NCBI GenBank assembly: GCA_010015585.1
Contig: ML975155.1
Reading direction: 5' to 3' (one strand)
DNA: 64,000 bases
DNA from: Eremomyces bilateralis CBS 781.70
Taxonomy: Eukaryota
Below, one piece after another: positions 49,401 through 61,096 of this stretch. Position numbers and translations under genes: made by a program. Under the pieces are notes generated by a model that worked only from the letters and a program-made list of their open reading frames with translations, was not told the origin of the DNA and made no database searches. Within the stretch, counting starts at the first letter, position 1. Each line of letters starts with the position of its first letter.

Positions 49401-51975
49401 CTCTTGATCGGGTCGCGCGTCGCACGCTCTCACTCGTCGAACTTCGTCCATTCATGTACGTAACTTGGCCCCCTTCGAAATTGAAACGCAAAACCTAAGC
49501 TAAGGGGGCCCATTAGTAACGCTAGAAATAGATTCTGGTGTTTCTTTTCTTTCAGACTCCTGTATTCTTTGTGACGAAGATCGACGAGCGAGCGCTGTGA
49601 CCGACCTGAATTGAGAGGATGACGAGACCCAGTCCCGAGCTCGTGGATACCACCCGACGTGCACCGTACCCTTTTCCATCCCACACGTCGCTTATTGTAG
49701 ATTTAGTACCTTAGGAGCCGCCATCGCTGACCACATCGCAGTCATCTCAGATCCATTCTACGTCGATCCGTCACTCCCAAGTCAAACCCCACACGACAGC
49801 TTTTCCGCCGACTTCCCTCCACTTGAACCTGGCCGTCGTGCCACACCCACTATTCCTCCTGGATTCGAGGCGGACGCAACGTCTCGTGCCACATCTCGTG
49901 CCGGGTCTCGCACTGCATCGATATCTGGATCAGTTGTTGGCGCTTCTCGACCCGCAAGCTCTTCCATTGTGCCTGCCGTCCCGGTACTTCCTTCACGAAT
50001 TGGGACGATTAGTCGGCCGGGGACTCCGAGTCGGCCCGGAACGCCTTTGCGATTGGTGTCGGTTGCGAAGCGAGGCCAAGTTGATGAATCTCCTTCCAAG
50101 GAAGGTGCTCAGAAAGGGCATAGTAAAGAAGTGTTGTCAAAACACAAGGGCAAGGAGAACATACCTAGCGCAAAGCCTTCTAAAACGGACGTTTCTACCG
50201 ATGCCGAGGTACTTCCTGCTACTCCAGTAAAGAATGAAGGTGTCCCACGAAAGGGAAAGGCGGGCAAAACTGCATCGCCTTCCTTGGGAGCGGAAGCAAC
50301 TCCAGAACGCAAGCGGACCACCGATGGCGGGAAGGCCGAGTCCAAGCAGGATGTGTCGAAGCGACAGCACCTGGGAAAGCTTGACATCTCTGCCGCGATA
50401 AAACCCGCGATGCCCGACTTCCAAGGCCAAACCGGGTCGGGTGCCGACTCACCGGCGTCTACTCACGCGGGTGAAGTTCCCAAATCCTGGGCAACCAAGT
50501 CTGCATCCAATTCGCGGCCAGCCACTCCAGCGAGTACGGCAGCCACGGAATCGCCCATCAAACGTGTCATCCAGCCGCGGACGATTCGAGTTCTGCCAAC
50601 TCCGAAGGCAGAGACACCACCACCTCTAGCCGCAGGACTGGCGGCCGTTCCTTCTTCCTTGGCGTCCGTCGTCGGTAAGCTGCCGTCTCGTCAGCCCAGT
50701 CTCACGTCCACCAATCCTCCCGGCACTCCCATCAGCGATCTGATATCGGAGAACGCCTCGGTGACGTCGCAATCGCTCTCTCGGACCGCATCTCCCGCGC
50801 CCGGCGAGAAGCTCGGTGCCGTGGCGCCGAAAAAGACGAAATCGGCGCTCGCGAAGGAGAAGAAAGAGCGGGCAAGGAAAATCGAGGAGGAGGCGATGGT
50901 GGCGAAAACGGTTGCGGACGAGCCGGTGCACGAGGCGATTATTGGGAGGAAGAAGAAGACGAGGAAACCGACATCTCTCCTGACCAAGGCAACACCGACT
51001 CAGTCCACTTCCAAAGGAGGCGAGGTTGCTCAGAGGCCTGAGGATTCGACTGCAGAAGCAGGAAAAGTGGGTACCAAGCAGAGAGGGGCTACGAAGGGAC
51101 GGACGGAGGAGAATGAGCAAACCGGTGCAAAATCCGGAGCGCTCTCACTTCCAGAGCGGTTCAAGCGGATGCAAGAGGAGCTTGGCATTCCAGCGAAAGA
51201 GATGCTTTTCTTCAAGACGAGCACTGGAATTTCCATCCCCAAAGGCGACATCACCGCAGCCGACTTCGAGGTACTCAATGAGGTCGTTCCACCTCGGGAA
51301 GCCGGTAAATCCGGCGTCGTCCGCACTAACGGTAAAGACGGCCGGGTCTGGTCCCGCAAGATGATCACTCAAACAGGGGTGCACATCGCCTCCCTCACCG
51401 AGGATGAAGAGAACAAATACCTCGCCCTCGAACGCGAGCTCGACAAAGCCGCGCGCTCTCTCAACGGCGTCCAACACAAATGGGTCCCGAAAGCCAAGAG
51501 CGCCGAAGTGAAAGCGACCCTCGCCCAGCTCGAGAAGCACCTCTCCGGCCAGCTCGAGAACCTCCAGAAGAGCATCGAGGAACAAACCGCCTCTACCTCC
51601 TCGTCCGCAAAGGTTCGCCACGACCAGAAACACGGCGGCAAACATAATCATGCCGTCGACGAGGTCGACTCCTATCTCGACGGCTTCATCGTCCCCTCCT
51701 CCAGCTCCAGTATGACGAAGCTCGACTCCGACACCTACAAGGCGGCGAGCAAGGTCGCGACGGGCCTGATGGGCACGCTGAGCACGGCGCTGTCCGCGGC
51801 GCAGACGGCGCTGGAGGTGAGCGGGCTGTCAGGCGAGGGCAACTGCCCACCAGCGGCGATGGCGAAGTTGGACGAAATCGAGGCGGCGTTGGCATCCAGT
51901 CGGAAGGAGACGGAAGCGCTGGAGAAGAAGTTGCTGGCGTTGATTAAGAAGAATCGGAAGGCGGCGCAGGTCTGA
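46407..51975 (+). CDS. NOT4: CCR4-NOT subunit Not4 E3 ligase; exons 46407-46526, 46583-46695, 46749-47126, then 47177-48983 (short form, ~805 aa) or 47177-48603 + 49742-51975 (long form, ~1423 aa)
   Basis: C4C4 RING CPLCVEEFDLSDKNFKPCPCGYQVCQFC...CPACRRPY; RRM RVVQKNLVYVTG...YFGQYGEI; C3H1 GTTKYCSAYLRNETCSNRNCMFLHE. The long-form junction is less certain than the 5' half. Confidence 0.93.
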
Positions 51976-52204
51976 GGAGTTTCAGACATCCTGCACATAT
52001 GCAGGCCGAATGGGTTATTATGGTTTTGGGGTGGTTCGCTGTCGGTTCAGGCACGGTATGATAAGCACGACATGCATGGTTTGGCGCTGTATCTATTATC
52101 ACGGAGTTCTGCACTCGGTTTAGGGTCTCCGATGGGCACCGGGACTCGCGGAACATTATGTACAATTAGGATAACGGTAGCATGGGTATCATCAGGACCG
52201 GCTT

Positions 52205-53564
52205 TCAACCAAAAGTGATCCTCTTTCCAGTAAACTCTATCTTCTTCTCTGCTAGCTTCGCTTTCCTCTTTGCCACCCACGACGGATGCAACGTGCCTTT
52301 CCCGTCTTCCTTCTCCTGCTTGGCCTTGGGCTTCTCCGGCGCCATCCCCGGCCTCTCTTCGAATTTCAATTCCCGTCGGAATCCTCCGCGCACACCATCG
52401 CCGCGTCTATCCCCCTTCCCCTGCCACCCCTTCCTCTTCTCATCCTTATCCACTGCCCCCTTCCTCGCATCCCACCCCGCACCTCTCTCATCCTTCGCCC
52501 CCGCCTTCGGCTCCGCCAAATGCCGCGCCTTATCCCCGTACATCTTCTCCCACTTCGCCCGCCGCGCCTGCTGGCCTGGCCGGTTCTTCTTCGGCGGCGC
52601 CTCTTCGAAGGGTTCCGGGGAAGAGGAGCCGGACATGTAGCCGTGCATAGACAGGGAGGAAAGGAAGGCGGAGGATTTGGGCGCGAGGGCGCTGGAGGGG
52701 GAGAGGGAGGGCGTTTGTGAGGGAGATCGAGAGTCGGAGTTGGGGCGGGAGCGGGAGTGTGAAACGGAGCGTGAGAGGCTTTGATCGCGAGATTTCGTCG
52801 ACGCAACGTCCTTGCCGTGCTTCTCGTGTAGCCCATCGTCATCCTCGATTGACTCTACTATGGACATTTGAGAATCATCGCCGCTGCCGTCGAGATCGGA
52901 GTCAAGCGATTCTGATCTATCCTCCGGTCCAATCCGTCTTCTATTAGACCGCGTCGTTTTGTCGATCTCTGCTCCATCTGCAGGCTTGGCCAAATCGGCT
53001 GTCTTCTTCCTTTTTGACTCTTTCTGATCCGTCTTCGCCTTCTTCTTGGGCTGGATAATATCCCCGAGATCGACCTCGAGCTCCCGTCCTAGCTTTATCA
53101 GCATTCCCCTGGTCGCCTCCTGAACCGCGTTCGAATTGAGCAGTCGGGAAAGCACGGTCGCTTGGGTAGGGTTGATCTCGAACGGTGGCACCTGCAAGAT
53201 CTCTTCACAGCCCGGTAGTGATGAGATGAGTTTGCTCTTCGAGATTGTCTTCAAAACATGTCGCTTTGCCGCCGCATGGATGTCGACGACCTGTCCGAGA
53301 GTAAGTTACCGAACCGCAAGAAGATCTGATATTTCCCACCTTTGATGTCTGCTGCTCCTCCTCTATTCGAGCCAACAGCTTCTCATCTTTTTGATCTCTC
53401 GCTTTTCTAAGCCGCTTCACCAACTTCTGCTGTTCCTGGCCGCGAGCGAGCTTTAGCGCTCTACCAACCAGCTTTTCGCCATATTCGATCCCGGTTTTGA
53501 GCGTGGCTCTCGTTTTGTCTTCGGGGGTGTCGTACGTCTCCTTTTCTCGTTTTCGTTTGGGCAT
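52205..53564 (-). CDS. BUD22: Bud22 / SRFBP1-family ribosome biogenesis protein, 2 exons (53564-53340, 53290-52205), ~436 aa
   Basis: ALKLARGQEQQKL at the N-terminus; KKNRPGQQARRAKWEKMYG.KARHL and LHPSW.AK...FTGKRITF at the C-terminus. Confidence 0.93.
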
Positions 53565-54620
53565 GATCATCTGGGCACTGGCAGTGCTACCTCAGTAACC
53601 GAGTAGAGTCCATTCAAAGAAAGAAATATGTTCATAGGGTGTGGAATTTCTCGTGATACAAACTGTACCCCTCAAGGTGACAAGGTCCAGTGTGGCGGTG
53701 CACGGAAGTTTTTCTGCCCGATGACTGAAAGCCGATGTGTGGCTTGTGCCCAAGTCCCACTCGAGCCCACATGTCAGCTGAGTCTCAGATGAGAGTTCAT
53801 CTGAGATGGTCTGGTCTGCGCGTCAGGCCAAAATTTGATGCCTGGTGAGGCAACGACGCACAAATCTTCCTCAGCCGAACTCAGGTCTCTCAGATCAACT
53901 TCTACATTTCGCACTACATGTAGTTAGTTAATTCTTGTTGTGACTGTTTTTGTGTCGATATGAATTATTGATTGTATGATTATAAGCCAGTCCATGACAA
54001 GTCTATGAAATGCCACCCGCCCTTCTACCAACCATAACCAGAGAACTTATCCGATTCATCGATAATCACATCTTCTAACAGCCCCCTATCTATATATCCT
54101 GTCTTCGACGGGCTGAAGACCAGACGCTCTGTATTCGGGTTATGAAATATTTGCACATGGCAATGCACGCAGACGTCCCTAGTCCTTGAAACCCCAAGAG
54201 ATTTTGCCACATCAGCCTGAGCCGCCTTGATAGAGAGCATCAGCCCCTGAATTAATCGCTCCAGCCCGTTCATTCCTCCTAAAAACAGTGGCATGACCGC
54301 ATATAACGCAGGAGACTCCAGTTGTGTATACTAGCCAGCACAGCATCTTCCTCCCCATCCCCAGTTTATTCGTAGAGTGTGTATCTCCGTCAGATTCGGT
54401 CCGCTGAAAGTGCTGGTCGGTCTGAGATGGCTCGGATCAAGAACGACCTGCTCCGTTGGACCAAGTCAATATCCTATACTGTGGTAAAATTCCAGGAGCG
54501 TATGGCTGTAAAGGCTTCGGACAAATCTCCCATTCGTGGCTCTTTCTGGGGCGTCGGGTGCATTTCCCACGCATTATCCGCGATGAGGCTCCCTACCACT
54601 ACTCTAAAAGACCGGGAACG

Positions 54621-55720
54621 TCATCCTTCACCGCTATGAAAATATCGGATATGCCTTTTCAAATTGTCCTTCCTTGAATAGCCCTTGGTACAACCTGGTT
54701 CCAAACATGGGAACTTTGGTGGCTGGTCCATATGGCTGGTCTTGTGTCTTTCCAAGTCCTTCGGATATTGGAAAGCCCTTTCACAGCCTGGATGAAGGCA
54801 ATGATGTCGTCGTTGTTGATGCCGCAGATGCTTTCTTCTTTTGTGGGTTCTGGTCGGAATAATTAGTCAGTAAGTACGACAAGTCTACACATGGAATCAA
54901 TAACCTACGTTAGCGCACTATTAATGTCGAATCGCTCCTCACACTCGTCGCAGGTATACCCATCCGCCTCCCGCGGCATGCGACGCCTAGAATCGGTCGG
55001 CAGCGAGATGCGTGCTGAGGTATCGACGGAGCCGATTCGGCTGGGGGAATCGGGAACAGTTTCAGCCATAGGATAAGGGATTGCTGGCGACATGATAACC
55101 GATGGATCGCCGTAAGTGCCATCTGGAGCCTCGTTGATCCCGACTGGCTTATTGTATATAATGTCGAGATCCTTCAGTCCCTCAGCGTCGGAGGCGAAGC
55201 TCGGGTCGTTCTCCCAGACGATGTCCATTGCTCTAAGATTCTGTATCGATCTCGAAGTGGGATTGGTCTTTCGCTTCTTCGAATGGTGCGGCTGCTCTTC
55301 GATCGTTGGTAGATAGAAGTGTTTCAGATTTCGATGTTCAGCACCAAACTGTGGGACGTCCGAAACCCATGTATTCAACGATCCAATGCTCATATGGGTG
55401 ATCTGCTGCATAGGCCGTCCGACAGGACTAAACCCCATATCATCGTTGTTATGAGATCCTGCATAATGCGAATTATCCGCAGAATACACGGAATACCCTT
55501 GATCTGCCGTCTGTGTTGATGGTCCTGCGGACGACACCTCATTATACATGCCATCGTAGACTCTTCTTGGGGGCTGTTGGAAGGGGTTGGTCGGAAACTT
55601 GGTGTCGAAATTCTCCCCGACCAGTGCTGCGTAGACCGCTTCGTCGAAAGATGAGAAATCGCAGGAAGCTTCAGGGTCGAGGACACCGAAACTGTTCTCG
55701 GAGCTGTTTAACCGAGACAT
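54621..55720 (-). CDS. C2H2 zinc-finger transcription factor (three C-terminal fingers); exons 55720-54909, 54849-54621; true start uncertain
   Basis: Spliced CDECEERFDINSALTTHKRRKH, CLHPGCERAFQYPKDLERHKTSH, CLEPGCTKGYSRKDNLKRHIRYFH; frame stays open to ~55785, where an acceptor-like TTCAG lies. Confidence 0.85.
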
Positions 55721-56064
55721 TGCGCTCGGTCGCCGGAAATGGGGTCCGTTGACGGTCAAGACAAGGCGGCGCGACGGTGTCTGCCTGAATTAAAACCGTT
55801 GCGGATATGAGTCCCTAAAATGAGGCTGGTCTGAGGACTCGACGACCAAATCAATGCAGAGGCCAAATGGAGAAACGTGTAACTCCTAAACTATCAAATC
55901 ACTCTTCAAACGAAACCAAAATAGAGAAATTGGATACTCCCGTAGTTGTGAAAACGAGGCATTTGGGCATGACAACGCATCGACGCCGAGGAGGCCGCTG
56001 AGATTGACTCCTTCGAGTACGTAAGTGTTCACACTTCTCTGTTCCGACCTTCGCCCTTTGGAGC

Positions 56065-57864
56065 TCATAGCTCCATTGGGCAATTGGGGTCAGAACTCAT
56101 TGTTGAAGCTTTGGAGGGAACCTTACGGAAAAGTGCGAACTTGATGAACTCGGTGAGGGACTCGACGGAATCTGTACAGACTCGGAATTTCAGACAACGA
56201 GCAGCGGCAGCGCTTCCCTTATGAATTGACGCTTTAATGAGATCCGTCCATCTGTTGAGCGCAATTGGCGCCCATCTTGACGCCACAAGCGATAACAACA
56301 TCAACTGATCCTTGAGCTCAAGTGCAGTGATGGCGTGGTACTGCCCCTCTATTCTATATACAATGGTATCGGCAAGCATGTCCGATATCGAGGCAGCCCA
56401 ACTGCTGAAAGGCTCATCATCCTGTTGTATTCTCATCGGAGAAGACTTCGAAGAGCTCGAGACAAAAGTAAAGGCATCTAAGATAGTATATGAAGCTGAA
56501 ATGTTTGCTGCGGAATATATTTGCAGTTCCTCACGCCAGAGATGTTCCTGGTGGCTCCTTAAATACTCCAGCTTGGGCTAGGTCCTATGGGGGCGAAGTC
56601 TGTGCGTTCCTGGAATCAAAACAATGAAACATGAAACATCCAAGTTCAACGACATGCGTCCAACACGATACAATGAAAGGACTGCAAATCGAGTCTGAGG
56701 ACCGTATCATGGCTGGGGATGGCTCATCCTTAAATACTAAGGCCAACAGACCGTGATTTATCCATTGTCTCATCCATTCCCTTACCGAGTCCGCCATCGG
56801 CGAGAGATAGAGCCAATCCTACAGGTTCCGGAAACAGCCTGCAGTTCCCCGGCTGTCAAAGGTCCTGCTGCATCACGAATTGGGCGTCAACCGGTTGAGC
56901 CCAAGGGCGATAAACATGCTGTATACGGCCTCGTTCCTTATGACAACTTTGACCTCGTGCTATTGAGCGTCCTATCAAATCTCTCTCTTATAAGCTGCGA
57001 CTTCCGATTCGTTCGACAACGGAAACCAGCACATCTTGAAGACGTCCACGTCACCGGAAACCTAACGCCATGGATGCGTGATAATGCAAAGAATCATCCG
57101 GGGTGAACGAAATAGATGGACGCACTTGACACACGCCCCCTGCCAACATAAAGATGGAAAATATAATGATCCGCTTGGCTGGAAGGGATATAATAAGGAA
57201 ACGCTGTGAGATTTTGAAACACTGGAGATATGCTTCCAGGATCAATATTACCTACTCTCATAGACGATCGAAGTGGTTAGAATCGATGGCACTGCGCCGT
57301 TGATGCCCTCCCCCAGCCTGTCTGAACGGAGAGTTGTATCAGACTAACTAGCGTTGCTGGAGAGCAAAGAAACGATAGTGTTTTCCATGCCCTGGAATTA
57401 TGCGTCAAGACTACCAATTTCATCTTCCGTCAGCGAACTTTTTGCATTGGCTAATCTAAACGTAGCCCGTCTCTATTGAGATAGTCCTTTGATGTCAGTG
57501 GGACTGCTGGCAGATTGTCAGTCGCTCAATCTGCTGGTGAGCCACCTCAAGTTTGAGGCTCATACGCGCTTCTCGGAGACCCACGTCTGCCTTCAACGCT
57601 GCGAGCTCATCTTTCAGGTCCATATGCGCTTTTTCTCGGAGACTCTCATCCTTCTTCAATGCTACAAGCTCGTCTTTCAGGTCCATTCGCGCTTCTCGGA
57701 GACTCGTGTTCCGCAAGCCGTTGGTGCTCATATTGGAGGATCCCATAGTCCTCCTTCAGACTCTCAAGCTCATTCTTGAGCATCATCATCTGTGCCTTCA
57801 ATCCCAGTTCTGGTTTCTTGGTGGCCTGACCGTCAACCACTCCCGTCCCATCCACTTCATCCAC
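56065..57864 (-). pseudogene. Degraded gene fragments including a coiled-coil repeat segment
   Basis: Protein-like ORF pieces at 56065-56436, 56585-56797 and 57495-57864 interrupted by stops and a frameshift; no family recognised. Confidence 0.4.
57566..57706. repeat. ~60-63 bp imperfect tandem repeat, about 2.3 copies
   Basis: TTCTCGGAGAC occurs three times and AGCTC.TCTTTCAGGTCCAT twice; on the minus strand it encodes LREA(K)xMDLKDELxALK. Confidence 0.75.
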
Positions 57865-58203
57865 GTCACGCTTTCTCTTCCTTAGTGTAGTAACATCGGA
57901 TGTCTCAGCAGCTCCCCAAATGATGGCACCCCCTTTCTGAGTCCAGTCATTGCTGCCCGGGTGTTTGAAGGCAACACCGAAGGACTCTCGACCCTAACTA
58001 TAATAAGTTATAATCTTATCCAGTAATACCTTCTAATTAGTCATTACAATGACACAGAGGCGTAATTATCACATAGCGAATGATTTTGGGAAAGATGGCA
58101 AAAAAAAGAAAGAAAAAGAAAAATCTAGCCTAGCCAAGTTCGAACTCATGGACTTTTGCACATACCCTATATATATCTTTGCCCTTATATCTCTCATAAT
58201 TAA

Positions 58204-59222
58204 TAATAAGAATCAATTTAACGTACTATCTGGATCCCTTTCGGGTCTATGAGCACGGTATTCTATCTGATCTGCCGCGGGCAAAAGTTTCCCTGTAGCC
58301 CTGAGGCTGGGAGTACATAAAATCCCGTCTCCTCCCTTTAGTAGACTATCTTAAACGCTTTCATCTTTCTGTACGAGTCGGTGTTTCCGCCTACGCGGAG
58401 AGCTTATTCTGGCACATCGTGGAGGAGCTGGAACGGTTTCCAGTCCTCTATTACCTCCATCTCAACTTCCTTGGCCACCCGGTATTGCTCTAGATCTCCC
58501 CGATCGATCAGCCACCTTGCTGCGTGGCGCACATTGTCCCCGTCATGCAGTACCCTCTTAAAGTCCGTTGTTCCAGCTCGTTGGAGGAGCGCGATCCTCT
58601 GGTCGGTCCGCTGCGGGCAAAACGCAAGGAGATGGTAGAGAGACTGCCGGGGGGCACCGCACTCACACGCGGGGTGGATTCCAGGGACACCAATTTTCGC
58701 GAGCCATCCTTTAACTCCAACTACCTCAGTCCGTAGTGCCATAAGCGCCGAGGCCTCGTGTTTCTGAAGGCCATCGAACCGGTTAAGGCACTGGGTTTCC
58801 CACGGATCCTTCCATGTCCTTGCTCTCCTTCCTGGTTTAGCCGCTTCGGCTTGCCATCTCTCCCTCCATTTCGCCCAATACTCATCCTGGATCATCCTGT
58901 GCGGACCTGTTCGCTGTTGTGCCTGGTATCCCCTATCTGGTTCGGGCCGGGAAAATAGAAGTTTCTCATACTGGGTCCGGAGAGCACATATTGCGGGTTC
59001 AGGTTTAGACCGGACCGGGCGGGGTCGGCCTCGAGTTCGTCTCGGGGGAGCGGAGGCAGCATCCCAGTCCTGCACCAGGGCTCCTTTAATCTGGGTAGTC
59101 ACCTTATGGGAGTTCGTCGATGCTGCTCTTTGAGCGGCCCGCTCTTGGATGTAGAGTTCGATTGGGGGAACGTCCGCCTCTCTCTCAAGCACGGCGATTG
59201 GTGTCCGTTCGTAAGCCTCGAA
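58204..59222 (-). mobile_element. 5'-truncated non-LTR retrotransposon (Tad/I-type LINE) with 15-bp target-site duplication
   Basis: ORF2 C-terminus AYERTPIAVLEREADVPPIELY...W..RWQ...LQKHEASALMALRTE...CECGAPRQSLYHLLAFCP (CCHC); ATCTCTCATAATTAA at 58189-58203 and 59223-59237; short (TTA)n-type tail at the 3' junction. Confidence 0.92.
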
Positions 59223-60060
59223 ATCTCTCATAATTAACTAGTAGTAATATTTACTTTGGCTAGCATCAAGTGCTCATCTCACAGGTGGCTGAAAAAAAGG
59301 AAATAAAACGACTAAGGTCGGATTCGAACATATGAGATTGGACGCTTTCCCTGGGCGGCTTTTTCAATCATGCGCGAACCATAAGGGGAGACGAACCACT
59401 AACGATATGGGGTATCACTCGACCAACCATGGATATGTACATGGCCTGGATGTGGATATCACAATCACACGAGAGCAACATTGAGAGTTATCTAGGGATC
59501 CATAACTTGCTAGCATCTCAGCAGTGCGCCTTCATTCCCCCAATTACCAGTCTGTTAACAGCAGTTGGTCGTTCAACGTTCCAGCTCCCACCAGCCACTC
59601 TCCTCCACTGAACGCTACCGCGAACTAGGGGGAACTGGTATCAGATCTATTCGTCCCCATCGTCCGAAACTTTGTTGAGTTTTCAGAGATTCCGGCCTCC
59701 ACTGTAGAAAATCGCGGGGCCACCGAACGACCACATTGCCAACAACATAACAGTCAGATCGCAGTTCAGCCCTCGAGCGATACAGGTGGAGAACATTGAG
59801 AGGGATGACATAGCTACCAGCAGTCTCAAAAGCAGACGCAAGTGTATCAAAGCCTCCATCAATAAACAAAACAATGAGCGGTCGACGGCGTCAAGACAGA
59901 TGAACACAGACAGTGTGAGCCTGCCAACCGTTCAACTCAATGGCCGTTGCCACTGTCCGTACTCCTGAGAGTCGCTTTCTTGGTCTCCTTGATTGAATAA
60001 CCACCATATCCTACCCTATCATGTGTTCTATTTCAAATTTCCCGAGAAGCATAGCTCAAC

Positions 60061-61096
60061 CTATACTCTTACCTGATGCGCATCTTTTAGGTGTCTTCCG
60101 AGATTGTCTTTCCGTAAATATTCCTTGGAGCAAATCTCGCAGCGGTATAGCGGCCGGCCGGCAGGATAGTGAGAGTGCATGTGCTTCTCGAGGTCTTTTG
60201 GATAGTAGAAACTCTTGTTGCAATTGGGCTCCAGGCATTTGTGCTCCCGTTCTGTTTTCGGGGAGTGTCGCTTCTTATGTGTTCTTCGTCTGAAGTTAGC
60301 TAATGTTTGATAGCATGATACAGTAGAGTACGGAGGCATACGTAAGATCGCACTCTCTGTTGAACTTCTTTGGGCAGGTATCACACGCATAGCCGTTTTC
60401 TATCCATGGGTTCCGTCGACTTCGTTTCGAGCTCTTTACTGTCGTCCAACCGGTGTCATCATCGACGTTACTACTGGCGAGAGGAATTGCCGGTGAAACC
60501 ACTCCAAGACGTGGATCCAAGTTCTCCGGACCTGGCGCAGGAATAGGCGGAAAAACGACGTCTGACGAAGGATCAGTAAGAGGAGCTCGGTCGAACCCCC
60601 AAACATCATATTGTTCGCCAAATCCAGGGTGGGGAATCGAAGAAAACGGATTTTCTACATCCGCCAGCGCAACTGTCCCAGGGGGCAGGTCCTGGGACAG
60701 GTCCCTTTTTCGTCCGAGGTCTGCACTGGTGTACAGTCCTTCACTCCAGAGCGGAATGCTTCTCTCATCGAAAGGCAACGGCAAGTGAAACCCTCCAGAT
60801 CCAGCAGCCCATGAGCCATCATAGTGCGATTGCGACTGAGGCGAGAAGACTAGTTCCGAGTACAGCTTTTCTCCGGTGTGGAATGAAGGGCCAGTTGAAG
60901 GGGGAGTGTAATAGCTCCTGCTGTTACAGAGAGGAGTCGTTGGGAAGGGGGAATAGGAAGGGGCGGCATCCTTCGACGTTGTGGGGCCAGCACGCCGCCG
61001 CCGAGGACGCCGGGTCTTCGATTTTATGTTCTGCTCTGGGTTTCGATCCGGCCTCAGAGCGTCGAATCGGTTCGAAAAGGGTTGTTCCCCAGCCAT
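60061..61096 (-). CDS. C2H2 zinc-finger transcription factor (three C-terminal fingers), paralogue of 54621-55720; exons 61096-60342, 60283-60061
   Basis: CDTCPKKFNRECDLT|THKKRH, CLEPNCNKSFYYPKDLEKHMHSH, CEICSKEYLRKDNLGRHLKDAH. A GTAAGA just before the stop may indicate one more exon. Confidence 0.87.

Noticed and set aside
48977..49498. 173-aa ORF inside the long NOT4 intron
   Set aside because: T-rich UTR-like composition, non-ATG start, no motif.
58240..58290. tRNA-Met-like 5' half (GCCCGCGG...GTGCTCATAG) on the minus strand
   Set aside because: Lies inside the LINE 3' UTR defined by the TSDs and does not fold as a cloverleaf.
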